Assembly (NCBI RefSeq): GCF_000247565.1 | Contig: NC_016893.1 | Span: forward strand, 30,001-62,000 | Direction of reading: 5' to 3' | DNA length: 32,000 nucleotides | Origin: Wigglesworthia glossinidia endosymbiont of Glossina morsitans morsitans (Yale colony) | GTDB taxonomy: Bacteria > Pseudomonadota > Gammaproteobacteria > Enterobacterales > Enterobacteriaceae | In this document: in pieces, positions 1 to 11,053 of the stretch | Layout of the letters: each line of letters opens with the position of its first letter | Numbering within the stretch: position 1 is the first letter of the stretch | Notes under the pieces: generated by a model | Databases searched by the model: none | Told to the model about the DNA's origin: nothing | The model's input: only the letters and a program-made list of their open reading frames with translations | Translations under genes and position numbers: made by a program

Positions 1-340
1 TAACATTAAATTTTTTTAAAATTCCTTTATGGCTTAATTTGACTGCACAATTTAGTGCAATCTGACCTCCCATAGTTGGCAAAATTGCATCAGGACGTTC
101 TTTTTGAATAATTTTTTCTATAATATTTATTTCGATAGGCTCTACATAAGTTGCATCTGCTATGTTTGGGTCTGTCATAATAGTTGCAGGATTAGAATTA
201 ATTAAAATTACTCGATACCCTTCAGATTTTAATGCTCTACATGCTTGAGTGCCAGAATAATCAAATTCACATGCTTGTCCGATAATAATAGGACCTGAAC
301 CTATAATTAAAATGCTTTTTATATCTTTACGTTTTGGCAT
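1..340 (-). CDS. carB: Carbamoyl-phosphate synthase large subunit, N-terminal part (runs off left edge)
   Basis: Minus-strand reading from ATG at 340 gives [58 protein letters not shown], the CarB N-terminus; it lies 1 nt downstream of the carA stop. Confidence 0.96.
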   Translation of the reverse strand, partial: MPKRKDIKSILIIGSGPIIIGQACEFDYSGTQACRALKSEGYRVILINSNPATIMTDPNIADATYVEPIEINIIEKIIQKERPDAILPTMGGQIALNCAVKLSHKGILKKFNV

Positions 341-341
341 T

Positions 342-1478
342 TTAATTTCCTATTTTTGCATGTAAATTTTTTTCGATTAAATCAATAAATTTTTTAAATA
401 AAAATAATGCATCTTGTGGTCCAGGGCCAGATTCTGGATGTCCTTGAAAGCTGAACACTGGTTTATTAATAAACTGAATGCCTTGCAATGTTCCATCAAA
501 CATAGAAATATGAGTAATCATCATATTTTTCGATAATGTTTTCGGATCAACAGCAAAATCATGATTTTGAGAAGTAATAATAATTTTATTTTTTTTTAGA
601 TCCTTTACAGGATGATTAGTGCCATGATGTCCAAATTTCATTTTAAATATTTTTGCTCCTTCAGAAAGAGCTAATAATTGATGTCCTAAACATATTCCTA
701 ATATTGGAATATTACTTTTAAGTAATTTTTGAATATTATTGATAATATACTTATATTCTTCTGGATTTCCGGGACCATTAGATAATAAAATCCCGTCTGG
801 ATGCAAAGAAAAAACATCTTTAGCTTTAGTATATGCAGGAACTACCGTAATACGGCAATTTAAATTATCTAATTGTTTTAAAATACTATTTTTAATACCA
901 AAATCGTATGCTACGATATGATAAAAAAATTTTTGTGTAAATTTTTTATTTTTGATATATTTTGTTTTATTTTTCCAGACATATTTTTTTTTTGTAGTAA
1001 CTTGATTTGCCAAATCGAAAGTTTGATTTTTTAAAAAATTTTTTATTTTTATTTTAACAGATTGTACGGTAATATTTTCTTGCGATGAAATGCAACCAAC
1101 AAACTGCTTGCCCGTCGTTCTAATCAACCTAGTAAGCTTTCTTGTATCGATACCGCTAATACCAACAACGTTGTGCGCTGTAAGAAATTGAGATAATGTT
1201 AATTTATTACGTAAATTACTAATAATAGACGAATCTTGACATATAATAATTGCTTTTACTTGAATACACGAAGACTCGTTATCATCTCGAGTGATTCCGA
1301 CATTTCCAATATGCGGATAAGTAAATGTCACAATTTGATTAAAATAAGATGGATCTGTTATAACTTCTTGATAACCCATCATAGATGTATTAAAAATAAT
1401 TTCTCCAATAGCTATTTTATCTGATCCAATACTTTTACCATAAAATTGCATACCATTTTCTAATGTTAATAAGGCCAT
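342..1478 (-). CDS. carA: Carbamoyl-phosphate synthase small (glutaminase) subunit
   Basis: 378-aa ORF with class I amidotransferase motifs ([26 protein letters not shown]) and the CarA N-terminus ([17 protein letters not shown]); adjacent to carB. Confidence 0.97.
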   Translation of the reverse strand: MALLTLENGMQFYGKSIGSDKIAIGEIIFNTSMMGYQEVITDPSYFNQIVTFTYPHIGNVGITRDDNESSCIQVKAIIICQDSSIISNLRNKLTLSQFLTAHNVVGISGIDTRKLTRLIRTTGKQFVGCISSQENITVQSVKIKIKNFLKNQTFDLANQVTTKKKYVWKNKTKYIKNKKFTQKFFYHIVAYDFGIKNSILKQLDNLNCRITVVPAYTKAKDVFSLHPDGILLSNGPGNPEEYKYIINNIQKLLKSNIPILGICLGHQLLALSEGAKIFKMKFGHHGTNHPVKDLKKNKIIITSQNHDFAVDPKTLSKNMMITHISMFDGTLQGIQFINKPVFSFQGHPESGPGPQDALFLFKKFIDLIEKNLHAKIGN

Positions 1479-1525
1479 TTATAAACATTTTCTCCATAAT
1501 TTATAATAAAAATTGTTAAAATATA

Positions 1526-2314
1526 TTATTTCAATTTACTTTTTGTTAAAATATGATTCATGTTAAATAAACCAGATTTTTTTTGATATAACCATATTGC
1601 AGATTGAATTGCTCCTAAAGAAAAAATGTTTCTATCATACGCATGATGTGTAATTTCTATACTTTCCCCTAGAAAAGATAGAATAATTTTATGTTCTCCA
1701 ACTATATTTCCAGATCTAATAGAAGAAACTTTAATTTTACTACTTTGATAATTTCGAAAATTTCTTTTAATGCAATTACATATTTCAATAGCAGTTGACG
1801 ATGGAATATCAGATTTTTTTCTATGATGCATTTCTATAACATCAATATCAAAATTGTTAATATGAATAACATGAAAAATTTTTTTCAATAAGTTTAATAC
1901 AATATTCATTCCATAACTAAAATTAGAAGAAAAAAATATTGCTATTTTTTTCGACATTTCTTTAATAATTTTTTTTTGTTTTTTATTAAATCCTGTAGTA
2001 CCAATAACTATGTTTTTTTTATTTTTGTAGCAAAAATCTAAATATTCTAAACTAGATTGAGGAGATGTAAAATCAATTAGTATGTCAAATTTGTTTTCTA
2101 TTTTTTCAATGTTATCTTGGGTTAAAATTCCGATTGGATGAATGTTTGCTAATAATCCTATATCTTGATGTACCAATGGTGATTGTTTTCTTACTAATGC
2201 AGCAGTATGTATAATTTGCGGAAAATTTAATGCTGTTCGTGTTATTTGTGATCCCATTTTTCCGTTTGCACCAGTAGTAGCAATACGAATACAAGAGATT
2301 TTGCTAGTTTGCAT
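1526..2314 (-). CDS. dapB: 4-hydroxy-tetrahydrodipicolinate reductase
   Basis: 262-aa ORF; nucleotide-binding ATTGANGKMGSQI, DFTSPQ, GTTGFNKKQ, SSNFSYGMN and EMHHRKKSDIPSSTA motifs; dapB-carA-carB order as in E. coli. Confidence 0.95.
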   Translation of the reverse strand: MQTSKISCIRIATTGANGKMGSQITRTALNFPQIIHTAALVRKQSPLVHQDIGLLANIHPIGILTQDNIEKIENKFDILIDFTSPQSSLEYLDFCYKNKKNIVIGTTGFNKKQKKIIKEMSKKIAIFFSSNFSYGMNIVLNLLKKIFHVIHINNFDIDVIEMHHRKKSDIPSSTAIEICNCIKRNFRNYQSSKIKVSSIRSGNIVGEHKIILSFLGESIEITHHAYDRNIFSLGAIQSAIWLYQKKSGLFNMNHILTKSKLK

Positions 2315-2680
2315 ATAAATAGATATTAATTTTCATATAGAATATAAATTTAATATTTTTTTGTATCACAAAAATTGTTTAAATTAAATTTAAATCTATT
2401 AGCTATAAGTTGATAATTTATATTTTAACAAAAAATTCAAAAAATTTACCTAAAATAATTTATTATATATTTTCAATATATTCCATGTTATTTTGATTAT
2501 ATTTTATATGTATTATTTTTTAAAAAAAATACTTATATAATATAATTTCTTATTTTCAGAATTTAATATTAATCGTTTTAAAAAAATATATATAAAAAAC
2601 ATATTAATTCTACTATAAAAGTGATGCTTTAGATATTTTGTTCATTTAAAAATTTAAAATTTTTATTTTAAGAGTACATT

Positions 2681-3757
2681 ATGAATTTTCGTATACTTTT
2701 TAATTCTTCCATAAAGATATCGTTGAATATAATATTTATTGTATTAATATTATTTGGATGCTTATTTATTTTAAAACCTTTTATTTTAAGTTTCTTATGG
2801 GCTTCCATGATTGTAATTTCTACTTGGCCTATTTTTATTAAGTTAAAAAAAATTTTATGGAACTCGTATTTTTTATCGGTTTTATCAATGATATTTTTTT
2901 TATTATTTTTTTTTATTTTGCCTGTTTTTATCGTAATTATTGCAGTATTTAATAATTTTCCAAAAATAATTTCTTGGATTTCTAATGCAGATATTTATAT
3001 GCTTTCAAATTTATTTTGGATGAAAAATATTCCAATAGTTGGTGAAAAATTGTTTATTTTCAGTAAAGAATTTTTCTCCGAAAAAAATTTTTTTTTAACT
3101 ACTAAATTGCAACCATATGTAGGGGAATTGACTAAATGGATATTTCATCATATCATGAGTCTAGGAAATTTATTAATCAATAGTATTTTAACTATTGTAT
3201 TTAGTACATTTTTATATATACGCGGAAATCATATTAAAAAAGCTATTAAAATTTTTGGAAAATATGTTGATGCTAAAAAAAGCGAAAAAATAATTCTTTT
3301 GACCGTAAAATCTATAAGAGCCGTTGCAATTAGTATTGTACTTGCTTCTGTTATACAAACATTTTTAAGTGCCGTGGGATTAATTCTTATTAATGCTCCT
3401 GTTATGTCAATTTTAATAATTTTGATATTTATTTTTTCTATTGCTCAATTAGGAGCCCTTCCAGTATTAATTCCAATAGTAATTTGGTTATATCTTGTGG
3501 AAGATAATATTACAGGAACAATTTTGCTGGTTTGGTCTATTTTAGTGTCTGTTTTGGATAATATTTTACGTCCTATTTTTATCCAAATTATTGGAATGAA
3601 AATTCCTATTTTATTAGTTTTATGTGGTGTATTTGGTGGATTATTATCATTTGGAATAATTGGAATTTTTCTTGGACCAGTAATATTAATAATTTCTTGG
3701 CATTTATTTTTTAATTTAATACCTATCTTTTATATTACGAAAAAACGTATTAATTAA
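2681..3757 (+). CDS. ydiK: AI-2E transporter / PerM-YdiK family membrane permease
   Basis: 358-aa polytopic membrane ORF with the family C-terminal pattern (AQLGALPVLIPIVIWLYL...DNILRPIFIQ...GVFGGLLSFGIIGIFLGPVIL). Family call is strong; symbol less certain. Confidence 0.75.
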   Translation: MNFRILFNSSIKISLNIIFIVLILFGCLFILKPFILSFLWASMIVISTWPIFIKLKKILWNSYFLSVLSMIFFLLFFFILPVFIVIIAVFNNFPKIISWISNADIYMLSNLFWMKNIPIVGEKLFIFSKEFFSEKNFFLTTKLQPYVGELTKWIFHHIMSLGNLLINSILTIVFSTFLYIRGNHIKKAIKIFGKYVDAKKSEKIILLTVKSIRAVAISIVLASVIQTFLSAVGLILINAPVMSILIILIFIFSIAQLGALPVLIPIVIWLYLVEDNITGTILLVWSILVSVLDNILRPIFIQIIGMKIPILLVLCGVFGGLLSFGIIGIFLGPVILIISWHLFFNLIPIFYITKKRIN

Positions 3758-3817
3758 AGTGCTAAATATAATTATTTATTAAACTTTTTAAAAAAATTAA
3801 ATGAACTTTATTAAGTT

Positions 3818-4405
3818 ATGCAAAAACTATTAATTATTGATAATTACGATTCTTTTACATGGAATTTATATCAATATTTTTCTGCAATGCGCACACACGT
3901 AATAGTTAAAAAAAATGATGAAATCAGTATTTTAGAAATTGAAAAAATGTCGCCAGATAAAATTATTATTTCTCCCGGACCAGGTACTCCAGAGAACTCA
4001 GGAATATCATTGTCTTTAATACTAAATTTTTACAAAAAAATTCCAATATTTGGAGTATGTCTCGGACATCAAGCAATTGCATTAGCTTTTGGCGCAAAAA
4101 TTATTCGTGCAAATAAAATTATGCATGGTAAAAAATCATTAATTATTCATAATAACAAAAACTTATTTCACAATTTAAAAAATCCATTATATGTCGTACG
4201 TTACCATTCTTTAATCATTCAAAGTAATACTTTACCTGATCATTTTATAATAAATGCAAAAAATTATTTATCTCATAAAAATGATCAATATGAAATAATG
4301 GCTATTAAACATAAACAGTTTCCTTTGTATGGAGTACAATTTCATCCAGAAAGTATTTTAAGTGATATGGGTTTTGAATTACTTTATAATTTTGTGAAAA
4401 ATTAA
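3818..4405 (+). CDS. pabA: Aminodeoxychorismate synthase glutamine amidotransferase component
   Basis: 195-aa ORF; IDNYDSFTWNLYQYF, ISPGPGTPE, FGVCLGHQAIALAFG, RYHSL and GVQFHPESI. Closer in pattern to E. coli PabA than TrpG, and its position upstream of rpsL matches E. coli order with intervening genes deleted. Confidence 0.88.
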   Translation: MQKLLIIDNYDSFTWNLYQYFSAMRTHVIVKKNDEISILEIEKMSPDKIIISPGPGTPENSGISLSLILNFYKKIPIFGVCLGHQAIALAFGAKIIRANKIMHGKKSLIIHNNKNLFHNLKNPLYVVRYHSLIIQSNTLPDHFIINAKNYLSHKNDQYEIMAIKHKQFPLYGVQFHPESILSDMGFELLYNFVKN

Positions 4406-5099
4406 AAATAAATAATTTTTCAAAAAAATATCAGAAATGTTAATAAAAAAATATATAAGATTGTTCAAAATTATCATTCTATTAAAAATTGAAAATAAAA
4501 TTATATTTTACATAAAAAATATATTTTTCATATAAAATATTGTTATTTTTTTTAAGTAAAAAAAATTTATATTTATAAAATTTTTTTAATTTAATTCAAA
4601 AAAAAAAATTAATATATATTTAATATATTATGATTATAAACAAAAAATTAATAATTTTAGTATATTAAAAAAATAAATTTTAATTTTTTTTAAAAGTTTT
4701 TTAATATTTTCATTTTTTAAATCAAAAAAAATTTTAATTTTTTAAAATTTAATTAATTTAAATAAGAATATTTTATTTTTTTAAATATTTATAATTTTTT
4801 TTATTTTAAATTAATGAATTATATTTAATATAATAATTTTAATAAAATTTATATTTATAACAATTTTTTTAACATAATGAATATTATGTATTAATTTTTA
4901 TTAAATTAGTTTTTATAGATTTTAATTTTATATTAAAATATGTTTAAAATTAAATTAAAAAACATTATAAATTTTTCAATAAAAAAGAATATAAATTATA
5001 ATTAAAAAAACAAACTTAATAAAATTTTAAGAAAAACTAAAAAATTACGCTTATTTTTAGAGTATAAAAAATATTTTGGTTAAATATTTTTGTTATCAC

Positions 5100-5128
5100 T
5101 TGACACTTGAATATATCACACATAATAT
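5100..5128 (+). promoter_or_regulatory. Candidate sigma-70 promoter for rpsL-rpsG-fusA
   Basis: TTGACA (5100-5105), 17-nt spacer, TAATAT (5123-5128), about 117 nt upstream of the rpsL start. Confidence 0.7.
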
Positions 5129-5245
5129 AAAATTATATTTGTTTTTAAATGTTTAAAAAAGTCGATATTTAGCTAAAAACATTGATAAAAATTAAAAATT
5201 ATATTTGATAATGTATAAAAATTATTGATAAGGAACAATACAAAT

Positions 5246-5620
5246 ATGGTAACAATTAACCAACTAGTGCGTAAGTCTCGTGCTATAAAAGTTTCAAAAA
5301 CTAATGTGCCAGCTTTAGGAGGTTGTCCTCAAAAAAGAGGAGTATGCACTAGAGTATATACTACAACTCCAAAAAAACCAAATTCGGCATTACGTAAGGT
5401 ATGTCGTGTAAGATTAACCAATGGTTTTGAAGTCACTGCTTACGTCGGAGGCGAAGGACATAATTTGCAAGAACATTCTGTCGTATTAATTCGAGGCGGC
5501 CGAGTAAAAGATCTTCCAGGAGTACGATATCATACAATTCGTGGTGCTTTAGATTGTGCCGGAGTAAAAGATCGCAAGACAAGTCGTTCTAAATATGGAA
5601 TGAAAAAAAATAAAACATAA
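5246..5620 (+). CDS. rpsL: 30S ribosomal protein S12
   Basis: [16 protein letters not shown]...[21 protein letters not shown]. The ATG at 5246 gives 124 aa as in E. coli, with AAGGAA upstream; the supplied ORF start (TTG 5225) adds 7 likely untranslated codons. Confidence 0.97.
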   Translation: MVTINQLVRKSRAIKVSKTNVPALGGCPQKRGVCTRVYTTTPKKPNSALRKVCRVRLTNGFEVTAYVGGEGHNLQEHSVVLIRGGRVKDLPGVRYHTIRGALDCAGVKDRKTSRSKYGMKKNKT

Positions 5621-5691
5621 AAAAACATATATAAATTTTAATTAACATATATAACTATATAAATTTTCAATATATTAAAATCGGAGTCGAA

Positions 5692-6162
5692 ATGTCTCGA
5701 CGTCGCGTTAAAAACTACAAACAAATTCTTCTAGATTCTAAATTAAAACCAGAATTATTATCAAAATTTATTAATATTTTAATGATGAATGGTAAAAAAT
5801 CGATTGCAGAAAAAATTACTTATTCTGCGCTAATTTCTTTAGAAAAAAAATTAAATAAGGATTACTTAACAATATTTGATTTAGCTCTGGAAAAAGTACG
5901 TCCTATCATTGAAGTAAAATCCAGAAGAGTAGGAGGATCTACTTATCAAGTACCTATTGAAGTAAGATCTGCTCGTAGAAATACATTAGCAATGAGATGG
6001 ATTATAGAAGCTGCTCGTAAAAGAAAAGATCATTCTATGTCTATACGTTTAAAAAATGAATTATCAGATGCTTTAGAAAATAAAGGAGCCGCGGTGAAAA
6101 AAAAAGAAGAAGTGCATCGTATGGCTGAAGCAAATAAAGCTTTCGCGCATTATCGATGGTAA
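5692..6162 (+). CDS. rpsG: 30S ribosomal protein S7
   Basis: 156 aa, [23 protein letters not shown]...[24 protein letters not shown]; GGAG Shine-Dalgarno just upstream. Confidence 0.97.
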   Translation: MSRRRVKNYKQILLDSKLKPELLSKFINILMMNGKKSIAEKITYSALISLEKKLNKDYLTIFDLALEKVRPIIEVKSRRVGGSTYQVPIEVRSARRNTLAMRWIIEAARKRKDHSMSIRLKNELSDALENKGAAVKKKEEVHRMAEANKAFAHYRW

Positions 6163-6203
6163 TAAAATATTTTAATGATATATTTTATAGTATGAAGGAA
6201 AAC

Positions 6204-8327
6204 ATGAACCATTTAACACCAATAGAAAATTATAGAAACATCGGAATCAGCGCACATATAGACGCTGGAAAAACTACTACTACAGAACGCATACTATTTT
6301 ATACTGGAGTCAATCATAAAATAGGAGAAGTACATCATGGATCCGCTACTATGGACTGGATGATACAAGAACAAGAACGTGGAATTACTATTACTTCGGC
6401 AGCAACAACTTGTTTTTGGTCAGGAATGAAAAATCAATTCAACTTACATCGTATTAATATTATCGATACTCCAGGTCATGTTGACTTTACTATAGAAGTA
6501 GAACGTTCAATGCGCGTTTTAGATGGAGCAATCATGGTATACTGCGCAGTAGGAGGGGTACAGCCTCAGTCTGAAACAGTATGGAGACAAGCTAATAAAT
6601 ATAATGTGCCAAGAATTGCATTTATTAATAAAATGGATCGTGTTGGAGCAAATTATTTCAATGTTATTCATCAACTAAAATATAAATTATCTGCTAATCC
6701 TATACCAATTCATTTACCAATTGGAAATGAACAAAATTTTTCTGGAATAATAGACTTAATTAAAATGCAAGCAATTTATTGGAATACCTTAGATCAAGGT
6801 GTAACCTGTTTTTATAAAGATATTCCAAGTGAATTAAATGCACTATCAAAAAAATGGCATCAAAACTTGATCGAAGCTGCTGTAGAAAATTCAGAAACTT
6901 TAACAGAAAAATATTTAAATGATCATTTAACAAAAAAAGACATAAAAAAAGGATTAAGATCACGTGTTTTAAAAAATGAAATTGTACTCGTTACATGCGG
7001 ATCAGCTTTTAAGAATAAAGGGATACAATCAATGTTAGATGCGGTAATTGAATATTTGCCATCACCACTTGATATAAGCTTTAATAAAATAAATAATAAT
7101 ATTGAAAACATAAATCAAAAAAAAACAGAAAAGACTAGTGCACCATTTTCTGCATTAGCATTTAAAATTGCCAACGATCCATTTGTAGGAAATTTAACGT
7201 TTTTTCGAGTTTATTCAGGAAAAATAGAATCTGGAGATACAGTATACAATTCCGTAAAAAATAAATATGAAAGATTTGGACGTATTGTACAGATGCATGC
7301 TAATAAAAGAGAAGAAATTAAAGAAGTTAGATCAGGCGATATTGCTGCAGCTATTGGCTTAAAAGATGTTACTACAGGAGATACGTTATGTCATCCAGAT
7401 CATCCTGTTATTTTAGAAAAAATGGAATTTCCAGATCCCGTAATTTCTATTGCTGTTGAACCAAAAACTAAATCAGATCAAGAAAAAATGAGTATAGCAT
7501 TAAGTAGATTAGCAAAAGAAGATCCATCATTTCATGTACATAGCGATAACGAATCTGGTCAGACTATTATTTCTGGAATGGGTGAATTACATCTCGAAAT
7601 TCTTATAGATCGCATGTATCGAGAATTTAATGTGAAAGCAAATATCGGTAAACCTCAAGTAGCTTATAGAGAAACTATTCAAGAAATTATTGAAGAAGAA
7701 GGCAAATTTATTCGACAATCTGGAGGTAGAGGACAATTTGGACATGTTTGGTTACGTATAGAACCAAAAAATAAAAATTTAAAAAACGAAAAAAATAAAA
7801 ATAATTATACTTTTATTAATAAAATTGCAGGAGGAGTAATTCCAAAAGAATATATTCCGGCAATTGACAAAGGAATTCAAGAACAATTAAATAACGGAGT
7901 TTTAGCAGGATATCCAATTGTAAACATTTGTGTAACTGTATTTGATGGGTCATATCATGAAGTTGATTCTTCAGAAATAGCATTTAAAATTGCAGCTTCT
8001 ATAGCTTTTAAAAATGCCTTTATGCAAGCAAAACCAATTTTGCTCGAACCTATTATGAAAGTAGAAGTAGAGACTCCACATGAATACATGGGAGATGTAA
8101 TTGGAGATTTAAGTCGTAGAAGAGGAATAATAGAAGGCATGCAAGACATAAGTAATTTAATCAAAATAATTACCGCACAAGTTCCATTATCTGAAATGTT
8201 CGGATATGCTACAGATTTACGTTCAAAAACTCAGGGTCGAGCTTCATATTCAATGGAATTTTTAAAATATAAAAAAATTCCTCAACATATTACAGAAAAA
8301 ATTGTTAATTCAAAAATTATAAAATAA
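6204..8327 (+). CDS. fusA: Elongation factor G
   Basis: [54 protein letters not shown]. Start at ATG 6204 ([12 protein letters not shown]) preceded by GAAGGAAAAC fits E. coli EF-G better than the supplied 6156 start. Confidence 0.97.
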   Translation: MNHLTPIENYRNIGISAHIDAGKTTTTERILFYTGVNHKIGEVHHGSATMDWMIQEQERGITITSAATTCFWSGMKNQFNLHRINIIDTPGHVDFTIEVERSMRVLDGAIMVYCAVGGVQPQSETVWRQANKYNVPRIAFINKMDRVGANYFNVIHQLKYKLSANPIPIHLPIGNEQNFSGIIDLIKMQAIYWNTLDQGVTCFYKDIPSELNALSKKWHQNLIEAAVENSETLTEKYLNDHLTKKDIKKGLRSRVLKNEIVLVTCGSAFKNKGIQSMLDAVIEYLPSPLDISFNKINNNIENINQKKTEKTSAPFSALAFKIANDPFVGNLTFFRVYSGKIESGDTVYNSVKNKYERFGRIVQMHANKREEIKEVRSGDIAAAIGLKDVTTGDTLCHPDHPVILEKMEFPDPVISIAVEPKTKSDQEKMSIALSRLAKEDPSFHVHSDNESGQTIISGMGELHLEILIDRMYREFNVKANIGKPQVAYRETIQEIIEEEGKFIRQSGGRGQFGHVWLRIEPKNKNLKNEKNKNNYTFINKIAGGVIPKEYIPAIDKGIQEQLNNGVLAGYPIVNICVTVFDGSYHEVDSSEIAFKIAASIAFKNAFMQAKPILLEPIMKVEVETPHEYMGDVIGDLSRRRGIIEGMQDISNLIKIITAQVPLSEMFGYATDLRSKTQGRASYSMEFLKYKKIPQHITEKIVNSKIIK

Positions 8328-9129
8328 TCATACAATTTTTGATTTTATATTAAATTTTATTAAGAATATAAATTAATTAATAAAAATTAAATTTTATTTT
8401 TATTATAAAATTTATTTTTTTTATTTTTATTAAAATAGATTTTTTTATGTCTATAAAATATAGTTTATATTTTAAATATAAAATTATCTTATTAAGATTA
8501 ATAAAAATTTTTTATTTTTTTGAATAAAAAAATATTGACGTATTTAAATTAAAACAGTAATATTTCCCACCATTCATTTAAAAAAAATAAATACAAAAAA
8601 TTTTGTTACAAATAAACTATAGACAAAAGTATCATTTTTAAATTAGAATCATTAAAATTGTGATTTTCAAATAACTTTTAAAAAAATTAATTTTGTTATA
8701 TATTTAAAATAAAATATCAATTAAAAAATAATAAAAAATAAAGAATCATTAATTTTAGATAAATTAAAATAACTATTTATCAATACGATTTAAAATTTAA
8801 AAAAAATTAGAAATTAAAAATTTATTAGAGATAAAATTAAAGATATAAAAAGAATTTATATTCAATTAAAAAAAGAACATTTTTTATTTTATTTAAAATA
8901 AAATAAATCTCAATTTATTCCAATGAACATGAAATAATAGATTAATATTTTGATATTCAGGAACGAGAACATTATATTTTTAAAAAAATAGTTTTTAATA
9001 TTGAAAACAAAAACTTAACTTCTTAAGTTTATAAAATGAGCTCAATTATCAAAATTTTAATTTAGTAAATTAATTAATTAAGAGTTTATTTAAAATCTTT
9101 CTTCGCTAGAAAAACAAGGATGCATACAA

Positions 9130-9474
9130 ATGAGTAATGATAATATTCTAAAGAATATACACGAAATAAATTTATCTTATCTTTTGCTTGCTCAAGAAAT
9201 AATCAAACAAGATAAAAAAATAGCAAGCTTTCGCCTTGGTGTATGTGAAGAAACACTAGATAAGATATCAGAACTTTCTTTATCTGAATTAATTAAATTA
9301 GGCGCAACTAATCAATTAATCTGTTTACTAAGATTAGATGATAAAAAAGTGATTAATTGCTTAACACGTGAATCTAGAGTAGACGAATTACAGCAAGTAC
9401 ACACCGGTATTATGTTATCCACGCAATTGCTAAAATCATATCATGCGCGTTCTATTCCTTTACTCAAGGAGTAA
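9130..9474 (+). CDS. flhD: Flagellar transcriptional master regulator subunit FlhD
   Basis: 114 aa; [55 protein letters not shown] is characteristic of FlhD; followed directly by flhC. Confidence 0.95.
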   Translation: MSNDNILKNIHEINLSYLLLAQEIIKQDKKIASFRLGVCEETLDKISELSLSELIKLGATNQLICLLRLDDKKVINCLTRESRVDELQQVHTGIMLSTQLLKSYHARSIPLLKE

Positions 9475-9479
9475 TTATT

Positions 9480-10034
9480 ATGTATAGAAAAAGTATTATG
9501 CAAGAATCAAAAGACATACAATTAGCTACAGAACTTATTTCGTTAGGAGCACGACTACCTATACTTGAAAATGAAACATGTTTAAGTCGCAGTAGATTGC
9601 TTAAATTATATAAAGAAGTACAAGGATCTCCTGCTCCAAAAGGCTTGCTTCCATTTTCTGCAGACTGGTTTTTATCCTGGGAACAAAACATTCATTCCTC
9701 AGCTTTTTATAATGCTTATTTATGCTTGATACGTACAGGAAACATTTCAAATATAGAAGCAATGGTAAAAGCTTATCGTTTATATTTAGAATTGTGTCCA
9801 AGATCCCAAAACGGGAAACCAGTGCTGGGATTAACTAGAGCTTGGATATTATTACGTTTTATTGATAGTCAATTATTAGGGCAAACTAAGTGTACTAAAT
9901 GTAGCGGCGCATTTATTACATATGCATTTCATCCAAAAAAAATTTTTATTTGCAGTTTTTGTCATCCACCATCAAGAGCGGTAAAAAAACGTAAACTTTC
10001 TAATGTTACAGCCGATAATCGCGTATGCCTTTAA
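9480..10034 (+). CDS. flhC: Flagellar transcriptional master regulator subunit FlhC
   Basis: 184 aa; [49 protein letters not shown], zinc cysteines CTKC...CSFC and [12 protein letters not shown] all retained. Confidence 0.97.
   Translation: MYRKSIMQESKDIQLATELISLGARLPILENETCLSRSRLLKLYKEVQGSPAPKGLLPFSADWFLSWEQNIHSSAFYNAYLCLIRTGNISNIEAMVKAYRLYLELCPRSQNGKPVLGLTRAWILLRFIDSQLLGQTKCTKCSGAFITYAFHPKKIFICSFCHPPSRAVKKRKLSNVTADNRVCL
9992..10018 (+). promoter_or_regulatory. Candidate sigma-28 (FliA) promoter for motAB, located inside flhC
   Basis: TAAACTTT (9992-9999), 11 nt, GCCGATAA (10011-10018); matches TAAAGTTT-N11-GCCGATAA at 15 of 16 positions. Confidence 0.75.
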
Positions 10035-10153
10035 AACAAATTAAAATATAAAATGTTTAAAAAGTTCAGTGTTTTAATATTGTTTAAATAAATTTTCAAA
10101 ATTTATTCTAAAACTCACAAATTTTAATATTCATTATTTTTTAAGGGATCATT

Positions 10154-11053
10154 GTGTTAATTATAATCGGTTACTGCGTTGTATTCGTTTCTGTGTTTGG
10201 CGGTTTTTTATTAGCAGAAGGCCAAATTGGCGCATTATTTCAACCAGTAGAATTATTAATTATATTAGGGGCTGGATTAGGTGCTTTTATTGTTGGAAAT
10301 AACGGCAAATCTATTTTTGCAACTATCAAAGCATTTCCAAAATTATTTCACTCATCACGTTATAATAAAGATATGTACATGGATGTCATGTCCCTTATAT
10401 ATCGATTACTTTCAAAAAGTAGACAATCAGGACTAATCAGTTTAGAAAAAGACATCGATAATCCTGAAACAAGCAAAATTTTTTCAAATTATCCATTAAT
10501 GCTAAAAGATAAACTCATTATAGATTTTCTTGTAGATTATTTAAGGCTTATGATTAGCGGAAATTTGAATGCTTATGAAATTGAGGCCTTAATGAATGAA
10601 GAAATTGAAACTTGCGAGCAAGAACATGAAGTTCCAATTACCAGTTTGTTACAAGTTGGTGATGCACTACCTGCTTTTGGAATAGTAGCTGCTGTAATGG
10701 GCGTAGTTAATGCGTTAGCCGCTGCAGATAGACCGGCAGCTGAATTAGGAGAGTTAATTGCTCACGCTATGGTAGGAACATTTTTAGGAATTTTATTAGC
10801 TTACGGCTGTGTGATGCCGCTAGGAGCTTTATTAAAACAAAAAAGTGACGAACACATTAAAATGCTACAATGTATTAAAATTACTCTGTTATCCAGTATT
10901 AATGGATACGCACCTCAAATAGCAATCGAATTTGGTCGAAAAATTCTTTACTCATCTGAACGTCCTTCATTTACTGAACTTGAAGAACATTTACGTCAAG
11001 TTAAAAAATCAGGATTAGAATCTCGTAACGATAATGCAACAGTGAATTCATGA
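10154..11053 (+). CDS. motA: Flagellar stator protein MotA (GTG start)
   Basis: 299 aa; LLSKSRQSGLISLEKDI, VGDALPAFGIVAAVMGVV, RPAAELGELIAHAMVGTFLGILLAYG, LLSSINGYAP. Confidence 0.97.
   Translation: MLIIIGYCVVFVSVFGGFLLAEGQIGALFQPVELLIILGAGLGAFIVGNNGKSIFATIKAFPKLFHSSRYNKDMYMDVMSLIYRLLSKSRQSGLISLEKDIDNPETSKIFSNYPLMLKDKLIIDFLVDYLRLMISGNLNAYEIEALMNEEIETCEQEHEVPITSLLQVGDALPAFGIVAAVMGVVNALAAADRPAAELGELIAHAMVGTFLGILLAYGCVMPLGALLKQKSDEHIKMLQCIKITLLSSINGYAPQIAIEFGRKILYSSERPSFTELEEHLRQVKKSGLESRNDNATVNS

Noticed and set aside
739-2294. Small ORFs antisense to carA and dapB (739-921, 1236-1424 on +; 2112-2294 listed on -)
   Set aside because: Short overlaps in alternative frames of conserved enzymes, with no independent evidence.
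6760-8164. Minus-strand ORFs at 6760-6963, 6923-7111 and 7955-8164
   Set aside because: All lie antisense inside fusA, are short, and resemble no known protein; the fusA frame explains the DNA.
9464-9801. Minus-strand ORFs 9464-9691 and 9601-9801
   Set aside because: Antisense shadows of the well-conserved flhC coding sequence.
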